DNA of 56,271 bases, the filler included, from Perkinsus olseni (taxonomy: Eukaryota): assembly GCA_013115125.1 (NCBI GenBank). It is 6 parts of 6 records of this genome, joined end to end, with 100 filler letters (N's around TTAATTAATTAA, not from the genome) between each part and the next. Parts side by side here need not be neighbours in the genome. Positions count along the whole stretch, not along the records: positions 28,339 to 37,612 come from JABANN010000923.1; positions 37,713 to 46,953 come from JABANN010000924.1; positions 47,054 to 56,271 come from JABANN010000925.1; 3 more parts are not named here. One strand, written 5' to 3'. Shown here one piece after another: positions 35,167-49,646 of the stretch. A program made the position numbers and the translations under genes. Numbering within the stretch: position 1 is the stretch's first letter; each line of letters opens with the position of its first letter. The notes beneath the pieces are model-generated. The model was not told the DNA's origin, ran no database searches, and was given only the letters and a program-made list of their open reading frames with translations.

Positions 35167-37612
35167 ATGGAGAATACTCCTAGCGCAGAAGGTGATGTTG
35201 GGTTGCACGAAAGCCAGTCGTCGATCGCGACCTCCGGGGCGTCAAGCGGGCAGAGAGCCGTGTCGCAACACTTATTGGCGATCTCGGTGGGACAGAAGGT
35301 GAAGGAGATTGCGAGCACGGTCAAGGTTCGGACTAACGCCCTAGACGAAGTGACGAACTTGCTGGTCGCGGACTTGAGGGCTCGAGAGGAGCAGCTGCCA
35401 CCAGGGGATTCGGAGGAGCTTGCACATTTTATTAGTGGAGCATTGGAAGAGGTGAGGGAGGAGGTATTAGAGCTCTGGGGACCGGAGATTGAGTTTGATG
35501 TGGTTGAGAGGGGAATGCATGATCAATTTGAAAATTTGAAAATATATTTGGCTCTAGAATTGAGAGCACGATCCGAGGATCCTGGGGATGTTAGGGCCAT
35601 TAGAGCGGCAAGAAAGGGGGTCCGAGCTCAGCTGTGGGCCAGTGTATATTCGCCTTTTGCCATTAATCTCGCGGATTCTTTCGTGGAGAGGATCGCTCGA
35701 CGGAAATGTGAGCTGGTGAGAGAGGAATCGAGAGAGATTGAGCTTGTGCGAGACGTGGGGCGGGACCGACCAAGTCCTAGCCCGCCTGTTTATCAGCAAG
35801 CGGAGGGTGATCAGTCTGCGGTGGAGCCTGTGAGAGTTGCAGGTGGGTCGGAACCGAAAGTAGGTGATCGACTCACCGACAAAGACGCCACGGGAGTGCG
35901 GGGCGGCAGAAATGATGAGCCGTCTGGTATCTCGAGGAGGGATACGCCCGTGGGCATGACCGAGGGCTCTGAAGCAAAGATCACTGACGATGGTCAAGGG
36001 TTACTGAAGGAAGGTGAGCGGGAGAAGATTCGGAAGGCCGCTGAGGCTGGTCGTGCACCGCCAGGAGGGCCTTATAGAATTGTAGGGACGACTCCTCTCT
36101 CGTTGTTCAAGACCCATGTCTCGGTGATCTCGTCTAGTCGAGGTTGGAGCAAGGTTCATGAATATTACTATCTCGCCCACCACATTGAGGCTCGACTGTG
36201 GATTGACATTGTCACTGCTAACCGCATGCTGTTGAAGAACCCCTTGCGCCGAGACAGTTATTCTGAGGCAGTCGATGATATTTGGCGAGCTTTGGAGCGA
36301 AGAGCGGGGAAGAATCGTGAGAGCGAGATTCTTCAGTCAGAAGGCTTGACGATGCAGCAGAAGAAGGGTGAAAGTGTGAGCGACTTCCTGCATCGGGTGA
36401 ATGATTTCAGGTTGAGATGTCAGTGTGCAGGCATAGTCCGTAAGGACTCATATTGGATCACGCTGTGCAGGGTCGGTCTGACGAATGAATTGATTAAGAA
36501 GCTTAGCTGCTTGTCGGCGGTGAGAACGTGGGAAGAATGGTCAGAGAATGTCGAGCAGATGGCCGGAGATGATGCGGCCGGAGGCCGGGTAGCTGAAGTC
36601 CTTGGAGTGAGCGCGTCGAATACCGGCGGCACGCTGAACTCTGGGACGGGGGATGATGCGACTAGGGGGCGCGGTGACGGTAAGGGTCCGGCCGAGTTCC
36701 GGGGCAAGTGCTTCTTCTGTCACCAGAGTGGTCACCGGGCGTCTCAATGTCCGAATCGGAATCTTGCGGGGAAATGTTTCCATTGCAAGAAGCCGGGGCA
36801 TCGACGAGCCCAGTGTCCGTTGTTGCAAAGTGGCAGTGCAGCCGCTGATGCGCAGGATGGCGAGGTGAGTGGTGATGGGGGCACGTCAGGTCAGGGCTCG
36901 AAGGACCAGCAGGCTGAGACTGCTCAAAAGACTGGTAAGGAGTCTGCAGCGGGGGTGCGAGTGACAACAAATTCCTTCGCGGTGGAGTGCTGCGAGTCAG
37001 GGGCCGGATTGAGGTCGGTAGCCGTCGGAAGGAATGATGACCCTCCAGTTTTGTCGCTTCGCTGGGCTGATGAGGAGATGACTATGTTGCTGGACAGCGG
37101 ATCGGCAGCTTCGCTGATCGATCGTGAGACAGCTGACAGGATGATTAAGAAAGGAGCTGCTTCAGCGATCGCGGATCAGTCTCCTGTGTCCATCCGTTAC
37201 GCGGATGCCCGGGTTGAACCGTCTTGTGGCGAGCTCATTGCGAATGTGTGGATTGGTGATAAGCCTGCCTACCTCCCTTTCCTGATTGTCGGGAAATTGG
37301 GTCGGCCGTTGATTGGTCGCCGAGGTCTACGACTGTTAGGTGTCAGTCTCGACTTTCCGCAAGATGCTCCTTCGGAGCGAGTAGCCTTGCGCGAGATGTT
37401 CGAGGGAAGAGTCTGTGATGCCATGACCGCGGAGGTCGCGTTAGCGACAGGCGTCATTGATTGTTACTGCACCAATGATGAACTGTTCCTGACCGATGAC
37501 ACGTATCTGAAGGCCGTGAAGTCGGGTCTGAGTCGGCCCTCACCGGTGTCGGATGGGTCGGGAGAACGCGATGTCCTGGACCGGAGAGTCGACGAGGTGT
37601 TGGCTTTCGCTT
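35167..37612 (+). CDS. gag-pol: LTR retrotransposon Gag-protease polyprotein, truncated by the scaffold end
   Basis: Two knuckles, CFFCHQSGHRASQC and CFHCKKPGHRRAQC, and protease motifs LLDSGSAASLID...LIGR in one frame. Confidence 0.9.
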
Positions 37613-37712
37613 NNNNNNNNNNNNNNNNNNNNNNNNNNNNNNNNNNNNNNNNNNNNTTAATTAATTAANNNNNNNNNNNNNNNNNNNNNNNNNNNNNNNN
37701 NNNNNNNNNNNN
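37613..37712. other. Artificial scaffold linker
   Basis: N44-TTAATTAATTAA-N44. Confidence 0.97.
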
Positions 37713-37779
<67 letters not shown>

Positions 37780-38892
37780 CTTCTTCTTCTTCTTCTTCTT
37801 GTTGTTGCTGTTAACACCATTGACGTACATATACACTGGCTTTATACATATCATAATACATACCAGGGCCATAATGGAGGTTATCATAATTACATCTAAA
37901 TAATACACTAACCATTCGATATTTTCAATTGTGAATGACCACGTCGGAATATAATAACTCTTACCTATACAACTGCTGCCTCCCATCCTCTTCCCACTCA
38001 TCCGATAATATTCTCCTCCTCCTACTTCTTGTTGTTGTTGTTGATAATGCTGATAATAGTAGTAGAGAATGACACGTAGTGATGTAGCTGATGTGATGCA
38101 TGTGGGCAATACAATCTTCCACGCATTGGAGGCGTAATAAAAGGCATAATATAGTAGGGGTATCCTGATAATGATATTAATCATCATAATATAATCAGCA
38201 TGATGACGAAGATGAGTACTTCTGATGATGATGATGATGATGATGATGTTGATTATTATGGTTATGTTGTTGAGAATGTTCCTCACTGCCTTCTATCATC
38301 ATGCTACTTGGAGATTCACCCTGGCCGACTCTCCTTCTCATCCTACGTCCTCCTCCAAACTCATCATCATGATCATCCCTCTGTGGTTCACAATCATTCG
38401 CTCCATATTTGTCATTTTTATCGACTGTCATCATCATCATCATTTCACTATTAATCGTTCTACCACTACAACTACCAAGTGTTGTGGATATCCGTATCAT
38501 ACATGCTAATGAGTTGGCAAGTATCAACGATTTAGTACCGATATAATCTTTACTGACGAGAGCAGTAAAGAGCATAACTATACTTGCACATAGCTGACCT
38601 AAGGCACCTGTACGGAAGTTAGTATCTACCGGTGTGGTGGCATAATAATATGCTTCGGATATGCCATTAACAGACATGAGCAATAATAAATAACAGTAGT
38701 ACGATAATAATGTACCAATGTCATCATCATAATCGTCACCATTACTACTACCACCATTATCGCTTGTTGTATATGATGATGATGACCATTTATCACCATA
38801 GAGGAGGGCAATAAGACAATGCGAGACAGGCGGGCCGAAAGAAACACCAATGAAGCCAATACCACTCTCGACCTGCCATCACGACATACTGG

Positions 38893-38924
<32 letters not shown>

Positions 38925-39077
38925 CCGAATGGAAATACTATTACAAGCATGAATGATGAGAGGGTCCTAAGCAGCATTGTTGTGTCTCTTCCTGTTGTCG
39001 ATGATGATGATGATGATGGAGCGGTAGTGCATGTATGAGTATTCTTCTTCTTCTTGTTCTTCTTCTTCTTCTTCTTC

Positions 39078-39127
<50 letters not shown>

Positions 39128-40106
39128 ATACAATGATGATGATGATGTGAATGTTGAGAATGCTACGTCCTCAATTGGTGCAAAAGCTATTCTACATATC
39201 ATTGAGCCAATATTAGACACAACGCCGTAACTGAAGAAGAAGAACAACAACAATGCTACGAGGATGGAGTCCTCCGCACCGAGGAGTGAATGCATGAGTA
39301 ATAAATAGCATCATGCTGCTGCTGTTGCTGCTGCTGCTGAGAGCATTGATTTAGGATAGTAATAATGAATTCACTCTTCACTATGACAAGCATTGACCTT
39401 CTTATTATTATTACCAACCCCATTGTTGCGGTGAATACCCAGCTGCCATTAACAGCAGTCTTTCCCCTTCTTGTAATAACAGCTTCTGTAGTCCGACGAA
39501 TGCGAATGATTTTATAAATGACCAGTGTATATCTGAACGAAGGAATAGTAATGATGATGATACGGAAAATAGTAGTAGTAGTACTATCGGGGCTACGATG
39601 TGGGATGAGTATGACAGTGTTCTTCTTGTCCCTCGATGATGATTCATTAGCAGTATTATGGTAGTAATGATGATATGTTGGATATGTTATCATAACATAC
39701 CAACTGATGGCATATACCTGAGAAGGATATCAGTAGTAGTCATTTTAATCAGACCAACAACAACAACAACAACGAGAAGGACCTGCAGATTATTATTATT
39801 ATGATGATGATAGTATTATTATTACCAATTGAGCAATGGAGAATGCCAATATTGCAGTGGTATTGGTAAATATAATAATCATACATTGTGTTATACTACG
39901 TATGAGTAAGGATACCGATTCTGCTTTGGTACGTATCTGATAACCCACTCATATGGGCAACGAATAACAATGATAATAATATACCATCATCCTTATTACA
40001 CTAGGGTCAAAACATGACACAGGCGTTGATTGTCCTTCAGCATCATTATCACTCTCTTCCTGGTCTTGTTGTTGTTGATGATGATAGTGGTTGTTGTTGT
40101 TGTTGC

Positions 40107-40149
<43 letters not shown>

Positions 40150-40426
40150 GCTGTTGTTATATGGTGCACATATACGAGATGCTAGATACGGTTCTGCTGC
40201 TGCCTCGATGTATACTGCTAGTACTATCATACCATAACATATCCAAACACGATCATAACCACTAATGGTGGTACTGCTATTATTATTCATCATCAACATT
40301 TTATACCATATTACGCCAAGTACCTGGATGGGGTATATCATCATCATCAAACCTAGTTATTATCATCATTATTACAGGAGTAATAATATATGTGATAGTG
40401 GTACCCCATACTGCAGTGTTGTTTAC

Positions 40427-40470
<44 letters not shown>

Positions 40471-40870
40471 TATCATCGTCTGCCGCTGCTGCTGAGCCTC
40501 GTTGATAGGCCCTTCTGACGACTTCCTTCAGGAAAAATGTTGAGAAATTGAGTAAACTTTGAAGAGATACAGACCTGAATGAATGCAGCTCATAATTGCC
40601 TTGTTGTTGTTGTTGTTGTTGTAGATGTTACATAATGCCAAAATCGGCTTTATCACTGTATCGTGTTGATAATAGTGTACAGCCGAAACTTATCATCCTC
40701 GATATACTTGATATTAGAAGGGACCCACTGATGGCTTCGAATAAGTCACCACCAGAAGCAGCAGCAGCAGCATGATGCAGAGATGCCCTGTGTGATGATG
40801 ATGGCTGCTGCTGCGGCTGCTGCTGTTGTCGTTGTTGATGCATGATAGTGATGGTGGTGATATACTGCAT
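37713..40870 (-). CDS. RFT1: RFT1 Man5GlcNAc2-PP-dolichol translocation protein, multi-exon
   Basis: FLKEVVRRA, EAAAEPY, QKLLLQEGE, YGVVSNIGSMICRIAFAPIED, MSVNGISEAY and LILANSLACMIRI motifs. Boundaries are approximate. Confidence 0.85.
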
Positions 40871-42624
40871 ATAAACGTGTAGGAATGGCGTGAGGCGATG
40901 TAGAACTCAAGAGCAGCCACGGCAGCAGCCACAGCAGCAGCCTTTAAGGAATGACAAGAGTGATAAAGTTATGATGACAAGTATATTGATACTGTTTATA
41001 TTAATAATATTGATGAACGATCGATGATGGACAGTACAACTACACCATCATTAGCACCACCACCACCACTGCAATAACGTATAATCATTACTCTGAGCAT
41101 GTGTAACACTGATCCTCACGCTACTACGTATTATTACTGTCATCCTTCATCATACTCGATGGGCAATGATACTGATGATAGTAGTAAGAGTAACATGAGG
41201 TGATAATAAAGGGACGATAACAATAGTGACAACAACCGCCACGTCGAGCATTATGGTAGAACGATGAAGCGGAAGCGTATGAAGTATGTGGTATGAACTT
41301 GGATAGTAAAGAGCAACGTTGGGTTATTATACGAGTATAGCGAAGCAGCGGCGATGATGATTGGAGCACACCCTCATCATCATGTGCTTCCACGACGTCG
41401 TCCAATCCCACATCATGCTTTTTGTTGTTGATACTGTGTTGCAGGGGGGTATTATAGAGTGAGAGCAGACGGAGTAGAGGGCTCCTCTCCTCAGCAGACA
41501 GGTGTTTACTAATACTACGACTATTATTATCATGATTATGATGATGATGATGATGATGATGACGATGATCATTATTTAAGACTGATTGTTGAATATCACC
41601 TTTTAGATGATCACTGACATCAATCCTTGATGATGGGATGATGATGTTGTTGTTGTTTATAGTGGTATCAGCACGTTGCCTTCCAGATGGTAGTATACGC
41701 CCATCCTCCTCATTCATAGCGATCACCACAGCAACAATGCTATCATCATCATCATAATCATCATCACCACCACCACGATGATGATGATGATGATGATGAT
41801 TAGCAGTAGTAGTAGTAGTAGTAGTAGTAGGATTGAGTTTGTCGGTCATTGCTCATTACCACTGAGAATATATTCTTAATCGATGCATCATCCTAATTAT
41901 TATCAGCATCATCATGACTAGAACTAAAACAACCCTAACGTAAGGTAACTTGTATGATAATGATGATGAATATTGAGAATAGCAACAAGGATGTGGAATA
42001 ATAATACTATGGCTACTACTATCGACGACCCGCCACGACTGCTGTATAATAATATTGCTATTACTATATAACGATATATACTACGACGACCCGAAATACA
42101 AACTACCCATAGTGAAGTCACCCTCCTCGAGGGGTAACAGGTCAACCATTAGATGCACCTCCTCTGGTGATAGGCTTGGATATAGTGTTGATAGTATTGC
42201 AAAGATGCCCCTTCCAATGGTGCTTTGGCTGCTGCTCGTATACCCTTATCATCATCATTCGACGACTCGCTATATTTCCAAGCTCCTCCTCCTCCTGCTG
42301 TTGCTGCCATTCATTAAGAGTAGGATGCACTGCAGCCCTCCGCATCATCATCATCATCCTACTGCTGCTGCCAGCCCTTCTCCCCCTTTCTATTCGAAAC
42401 GGCAAAACTGTAGAAGCTTCCAATAGGGTAGCATATTGTTTCTACTATTGTTAGTACCATTACTTCCTGATCTCTTCATACCATTACTGTAACCAAATTA
42501 TTATCGATTGTTGCGGATCTTCCTCGCCCAACAGCCATTGATGGAATATGAGAATAATGTATCTGCCACATTGTTGCTATAATTACATTCTCCGTCATCA
42601 CCATCCCAACGATGAGTACCGAGA

Positions 42625-42761
42625 TCTGCTACAACGACTGCTGCTACAACGACTGCTGCTGCTACAACGACTGCTGCTGCTGCTGCTACAACGACTGCTG
42701 CTGCTGCTACAACGACTGCTGCTGCTGCTACAACGACTGCTGCTGCTACAACGACTGCTGC
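42625..42761. repeat. Compound minisatellite (CTG)n-CTACAACGA
   Basis: Repeated CTACAACGA units separated by variable CTG runs. Confidence 0.85.
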
Positions 42762-43278
42762 CGACCCTTTCTCTGGATCCTGAATATTGAAGTGTAGAAT
42801 CCAAAGAAGAACATAATAACCCGTGCAATGCCACTAGAGGGAGTCGCAGTGGCAGCAGGAGCAGCCGCAGGTCAATATAGAATGGCAGTAATCATCAGCA
42901 TCATCGTTATTTACCACGGGATCATTTAATTTAAACACAGCACACATTAAACAGCAATCTGCATTTACTTATCTGGTAATACCGTTGGCTCAGTACCCCA
43001 TCCATCACTTCTGTACTTTTATCATTATTATCGTCTGCAGCAGCAGCAAGAGATGGTGCAATCATGAGTCATGAAGATGATGATTACGTATTGCAATTGG
43101 TCGTGATGCTTTATCATCATTAGTGTTTAAGGGCGATGTTGTTACTCAGATAACACAACATGATAACATTGAAACTACTACTATTACCACCACCACCATC
43201 GTCATGATGATGATGATGATGCCACTACTATGCCCATGATAATCATCATCACCTTGATGCTGGTACCTTCTTCATCCT

Positions 43279-43791
43279 CATCACTTATACATATCGCCAT
43301 ACTTCACCTCAGTAACCTTGGATGATTTACGGACCATCATCATCTTAGACGGGTCTAAAACAACTTCCACTGTCTTCATTATAACACTAGTATGATGTTC
43401 ATTATCACTACCCAAACCTTTCCTCTGGAAATATTCATTAGCAGCAGCATCAACATTATCAACATATACTGGTTGATTGATGGTACGGGACTTACTGCGT
43501 CCATACCTGCCATAAACATCATAATCATCACGATACTACGAGTAGTTGTTACAGTAGGAATGCAGAGACAGCAGCTATATCTTGTGGTACAAACCAAATA
43601 GCAGCAGCAATAGTGCATTGCCATAGTAGAGAATCATAACGTAGCATCATCATCATCATCATACCACTGCCACCACGACCAGACATCATCTTGGATCCCA
43701 TGCTACTAGTGGTACTAGTAGTACTCATGAGACGACGACCACGTAGTAGCAGTCTAACTTTATGATGATGATGATGTAGGAATGATGACAT
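43279..43791 (-). CDS. Small two-exon hypothetical membrane protein, possibly mitochondrial
   Basis: Arg/Ser-rich N-terminus and hydrophobic AAAIWFVPQDIAAVSAFL, spliced in frame to YGRSKSR...EVKYGDMYK*. Confidence 0.5.
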
Positions 43792-44159
43792 AATATAAAA
43801 ACGTTAATGTCGACAACGATGAGGGTGGCAATTACAACATATTCCCACGGAAGACAACAACTCTCTGCCGAGGAGGCCGTGGCCGTGGGCGTCGGCGCGG
43901 ATAATGTTAATCTCGCTCGCCCGGGTATTTCCACTCGTACCTTCCTGTAGTGGTGATGGTTGCGTGGGTGTCGCAGCAGCATCGATGATGAGAGTTGATG
44001 TTATCCTCAAACACTTTCGGTTAGCTGCGTGCGTCGCTGGTGAAGACCCTAGTAGTTGTTCTTACTACCTACTATGCTGTTGAAGCATCAGCAGCCCCTA
44101 TCATACATGCCTAGCATCCTGCACAACAACAACAGTAACAACAACAGCAGTCACAAGTC

Positions 44160-44365
44160 AAGAATATCGTCTTCTGCAGTAGCACTGGTGAGGATAGCCT
44201 TTGTCGAACAAAAGAGGTAATACTAATAATAACAACGTAAGCGAAGCAGCTGTACTGCTGCTGCTAGTAGTAGTACTAGTGGCATAATGGCTTTGTTGTT
44301 GTTGTTGTTCAGGCATATGTTGGCGTATAAGCTTTACTCTAATCCTCTGGTAACTATTCCCGAAT

Positions 44366-44407
<42 letters not shown>

Positions 44408-44765
44408 ATGATGATGATTGTCACAGAAAGGCGAGTCTAAGAGGATGTAGTTCGGCAGCATCCACAACGACATCGAGCTCGTTGAGGTAATAATAAGGAT
44501 GATGATGATGATGATGATGATGATGCTTCTTTCGTCTTATGACCATCAGGTCATCTTCATCATCTCTATCATCTCTCTCATCAACAGACAGTTTCCACGA
44601 GAATCCATATAATCTGATGACAGGAAGACTCCCTACAGCATCATCACCACCACCATTCAGGACTACGACAACAACAGCTTCATCATTCCCACCATCCCGA
44701 TTTCGTCGAGTAACGCTCTCAGAGGATATTGTTATATCTGCTGCTATCAATGCTGCTATTATCAT
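44160..44765 (-). CDS. Hypothetical spliced gene fragments
   Basis: 114-aa ORF ending at a GT donor, followed by further short exon-like segments. No domain recognised. Confidence 0.3.
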
Positions 44766-45231
44766 GTCAAGATAATAATAATATCATCATCATCACTGGT
44801 CATCATAACCCTCGGTGTGACCTGAGTAACCACAAGGAAGTGGATGCGAGTTTGTGTACATTGATAGGTTTATGATGATGATGATAAGCCGGTCTACTAC
44901 TACTACTACTACTACTACTACTTAGTCCCTTATTACCATATGTCTTTAGTCGAATCGCTGTCGTCTGTCGTCATAAAGCCGTTACTAGTTTAGGCTTAAC
45001 ATTATTGTATTATCAACAACATAGCCGTGCTATGTATCCCTTTTTAGTAGTAATCGTTATAGTTTGATGATGATAGAGACGGAGACCAGACGCCGGCCGA
45101 ATACCTCGAACTCATATTTCCTCCGAACTCGTTCATCGAAGTATTACTACTCATGTTGTGTTGTTACCATGAATATTATCATTCAATGCATTACAATGTC
45201 AACACAATGTCATCATTGCTAGAAACATATC

Positions 45232-46886
45232 TCACTGAATAGGGATCTTAGATGCCTTGCTCTTAAACAATCTCTTCTTGAAGCGTAGTAATACAACTGC
45301 TGCTTCTGCTGCTGCATCATCATCGCTTTTACTCGTCATAAGCACGTTGCCTCTACTATCTAGTTTTACATTTGGTAATCCATGTGTATGATGGAATACA
45401 CATTTAACCTTACCACTCTTACCAAATCTTGAATCGATAATACCAGTTATACCAGATGATTTATGGATAACTTTCATACCAATAAAGGGTGTGAGATCAG
45501 TTTCCTTTTTAAACATATTTTTAACTATATAAGTAGTGGTATCATCATCAGTATGGACACGCCTTTCCAGTACACCTTCTTTATATTTCCATTTGATGAT
45601 TGATAGATCTTCTCTACCACTACCAGCTCCATCAACTGTCTTATAAGTTTTGCTAACCACACCATAAAAGGCGAGTCTGCAATAGGATGATGACGCATCA
45701 TATTCTTTATCAAGTTTCGATGCAATAATTACACTCCCCTTACAAGCGATAATTGGACGCTCCAGTTCGATAAGCGCATAATATTGATGATGATACTGAG
45801 CAAGAGTATTATCATTATTATTATTATTATCGATATTTGCCTTATCATATTCATCATCGTCGTCTTCCTGTGGTAATAATAGTTGATCTTTATAGATAAA
45901 ATCACCCCGTGTATTGCCATGCATGGCCATATATTCGTCATGACCAAGTAAAGCACCTCCACCAAGAGTCGTAATTGGTATTGAAGATGTTATCATAGCA
46001 GAATCATTATTAGCATCACCATTCTTCTTCTTCTTATTATTATCAGACTCATCAATCTTTCCACACTCTGTTGATATATTATCATCATCATCGTAGATAC
46101 TATTGTAACAGTACTTCTTCATAAACAAGACGTTACCCATAACAGTCGAGTGACCGCATGTAATATGTATCCTACTTTTACTTCTTATAGGATCTTTGAA
46201 GTATCTTATTAAGTGCTTCCAACAACGACAACAATGAGTAAGAGTATTATTACCTGATCTTGTCAACTGCAGCTAATAGTCCTGTAACAGCACGATATCT
46301 TGTAGTATTATCATTATCTCCCATCTTATCATCATAATCATCGTTATTGTTATCATACGCTCCTCCTCCTCCTGCTGCTGGTGGTGGTGGTGGTGTCGAC
46401 ATTATGATACCTCGTTCCAATGTATTCGCATTAATACCCGGTATACATAGTGCACATCTACGGCACATATAATATTAATACTCTAACGGCATATTCACCA
46501 TTACTACCTTGCTCCTTCGGATGCAGTCTTCACGTTCTTTTTGAACATTTGTATACTTTTGACGATCACCTGGCAGTAAGATAGCGTTGTTATGATAATA
46601 AAATCAACAGTGGTAAAAGCAACGAGTTACTTTGTTATTCTTAGAGCTTCCTCCAGTAGTAGTAGTAGATGATGATGAAGCCATCTTCCCTGTTGTGGAA
46701 TCTAATATTACCACATCTTGCCCAACTCTAACCATGCCTAATAATATAATGATCACAGTATGAAGGGGGTTTCATACTATTACCACTGATAACAGTACCA
46801 GTGAGTATGGTACCAGCTCCTCTAACTGCAAAACAATGATCGAATGAGAAGGTAAAACGATTATACTCATTATTAGACGATTCTCG

Positions 46887-46953
<67 letters not shown>
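45232..46953 (-). CDS. EEFSEC: Selenocysteine-specific elongation factor, 5'-truncated, multi-exon
   Basis: FDHCFAVRGAGTILTGTVISG, VKSIQMFK, LERGII, HITCGHSTVMG, ASKLD...CRLAFYG, MFKKETD and FGKSGK motifs. Confidence 0.92.
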
Positions 46954-47053
46954 NNNNNNNNNNNNNNNNNNNNNNNNNNNNNNNNNNNNNNNNNNNNTTA
47001 ATTAATTAANNNNNNNNNNNNNNNNNNNNNNNNNNNNNNNNNNNNNNNNNNNN
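46954..47053. other. Artificial scaffold linker
   Basis: N44-TTAATTAATTAA-N44. Confidence 0.97.
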
Positions 47054-47217
47054 ATCCATCCGATCCATCCGGATCATCATCCGCCTTCGTATCTCCGCTA
47101 CACCTAGAACATCACTCCGCCGAAGGTAACGTCTCAAGTCCTCACGGTTCTCAATCTGGTTTGCACGTATCTACTAGTCATCCCAGCCCTCTACTCACAC
47201 GCTCACATTCTACCGGG

Positions 47218-49646
47218 ATGGTTCTTCCCGCCCAATCGTCTGGTGGTCAAGATCAAGAAGATCCTGAACAACATCAACTTGCTGATCTACCAGTTGAAGA
47301 TGCTGATGACCGCATATCGGACGGTCACCCATCAGAACATCGTCAACAACAAGATCCGGCGAACGATGACCAGGTTCAAGGACTTCCAGATCTACCCCAA
47401 CTGGTGCATGAACATCCCCCAGAAGGACAAATCCCCCCAACTGTCGAAGATGACAACAACGATAACACTGATCTACCCCCTCTTGTCCACGAGATCGACG
47501 AGAACGAATCTGGATCTGAACACCGACATCCACATGATACACTGTTGTCCCATGGTGACAGTCGCTATCCCCCAGCACGTGTCAATCTATCTGCACGCGT
47601 GCACGGAGAGGGACAGATCCCAACTGGAGACATCCGCATGAACATCGCGCCTGGTACTCAAGTACGCTTCCCGGCTAACATCGGACTACCCCGTCATCAT
47701 GAACCGCTGAGACCTAGTAATGATCGACATCTTCACCAAGCATCGTCAATGCACCACAATCGTGGCCAAGTCCCATCCGGTGGTTTTCGATCTTACGGTG
47801 ATATCGTCCGAGAAGCCTACTGTGAACGCCGAACGAGTAACACCAGAGGCTCTGGTCCAGAGCCAACCTTCATCATGGATCGTCACTCCAACCGGGAACT
47901 GTCAAATCTCCACGTGATCGACAACTACCACAACGACAACTGGTGCAAGAATAAGACTCTAAGCATCGACTTCATCAATCTATCCTATCTACTATACGTA
48001 GCGATCCCAACATCCTGAACAACGACGTGTTCTTGGAGACCGTGATCAAGGATAGTGACTTGGTTAAGACCATCTTCGAAGACGATCACCTGAGACTCAT
48101 CTTCGTGAGCCACCCCCGTATCATGGGACGGTTCGTTCAAGATCCCAGCTTTCTCAAGCATCTCGACAAGCCTGGTGGATCGCAGAGCTCTCAACCAATC
48201 AACTCGAGTCCTACGGCTCCGATCCCACAGTCTACACCTCTGTCTACCCCCTCTATCTATGTTAATCATCAACGTCCTCAACGACACCACGTCTCTAAAG
48301 CTGGTATCGCTATGGGACGTCGACCCCCAGTAGAGCCTCATCAAGTAGAAGCCGGTAACATGGTTAATGTTACAACCCTCCCATCTACTCTACCAACTGC
48401 TGGTGACTATCGTGAACAAGATGTTCAACATCATCATGATCGTGGTCAACCACAGCGCAGATCCACTACGACTAGATCTAAGACGAGGAAGCACAACCCT
48501 CCGAGTTCTCCTTCGAGTTCATCTAGCTCCGATGATGAGCGATCTAATCGTTCTAACCGGAGTAATCGTCGTTCTCGGTTTCGACGAGATCGAAGGTCAA
48601 CCCCGTCTTCCTCTAGATCATCATCTGCACATGGTCGAGATCTATCGAGGCCGTACCCTAATCTACGTTCTCTACGTGGCGTTACGTCCGGTAGATTGTA
48701 TCGACCCCCCAATCTCTTCGGCGATATCGCTTATGATCGTTGTCCTGGTTGTAAGCATTCTCGGTGCCGACATGAGATCTCCCACAAGGATTTCCAGAGC
48801 GTCATCTCTACTGCTAAAGGTCTTGCTATCAAGAATCCCTATCGCGGTTCTGATGATCAACGTTCTGGTGCGGCTTGGATCGAGGAGATCCTCAAAAGGA
48901 CTATCGAGCAAAGAAGCGTTGTTCGCTATACCTTTGCTCGGCTCAACACTGTCTCATCTGTCTGGGATGAACTAGTTCGTGATCAACCCCCTCCTATTGG
49001 ATGTTATCAAGACTATGATCGTCACTGGGACGCTCTCATCGACAAGATCAACGATCTCTATAGTGATCAAGAGACTATGATGAGACTCCAGCGTGACTTC
49101 AATCAACTACAACAAGATCCTAAGGAGACGGTTACACAGTTCATCTCAAGACTGGATGGATATGCTAATCAGCTTTGTCTTCTCGGCATCAGCATCTTGG
49201 ACGACGTCATCAAACGACGACTCTATGACGGTCTTGCTAGTGATCGCCTAAGAGATAAGATGGATCGTGACGTCGACGATGATCGTGTTGACTACTCTGA
49301 GTTCAAACGATTATTGGTCAAGTATGATCGCCGTAAGAAGACATCAGCTACATCAACCAAGAGGGATGTGGATCCGACAACTCTTCGACTCTATGGTGGA
49401 CATCCTCCTGATCGACGACGAAATGCTTCTGTGCACTTCATCAGCGAGTCGGATCCTGCAGAAGACCCCTCTAATGATCTCTACGATCAACCGCAAGGCT
49501 CCCCCCTACCAGACGAAGAGATCCACTATGCCTTCGCGGTGAGTCGAGATCAACAGGCTATCACGTGCTATAGGTGTCTCCAAGACGGCCATCCAGCTCG
49601 TGATTGTACCCAAGAGATCGGCAAGAAGGACGATCGGTGCAGATGA
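47218..49646 (+). CDS. gag: Gag region of a BEL/Pao-like retrotransposon, interrupted by a frame change near 47860-48015 and a TGA at 49644
   Basis: Capsid-like segment FNQLQQDPKETVTQFISRL and knuckle CYRCLQDGHPARDC. The upstream ORF is in a different frame. Confidence 0.75.

Noticed and set aside
41124-42600. Minus-strand exon-like segments, including a 241-aa ORF
   Set aside because: Probably genic, but low-complexity and unassignable, so no model can be supported.
37715-44775. Many short ORFs of poly-C/M/L/I/V
   Set aside because: These are off-frame or antisense readings of trinucleotide microsatellites.
9359-47053. Recurrent TTAATTAATTAA within N runs, and ORFs ending in 'LIN'
   Set aside because: Artificial linker. 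Adjacency across linkers (for example eEFSec next to the BEL element) has no biological meaning.
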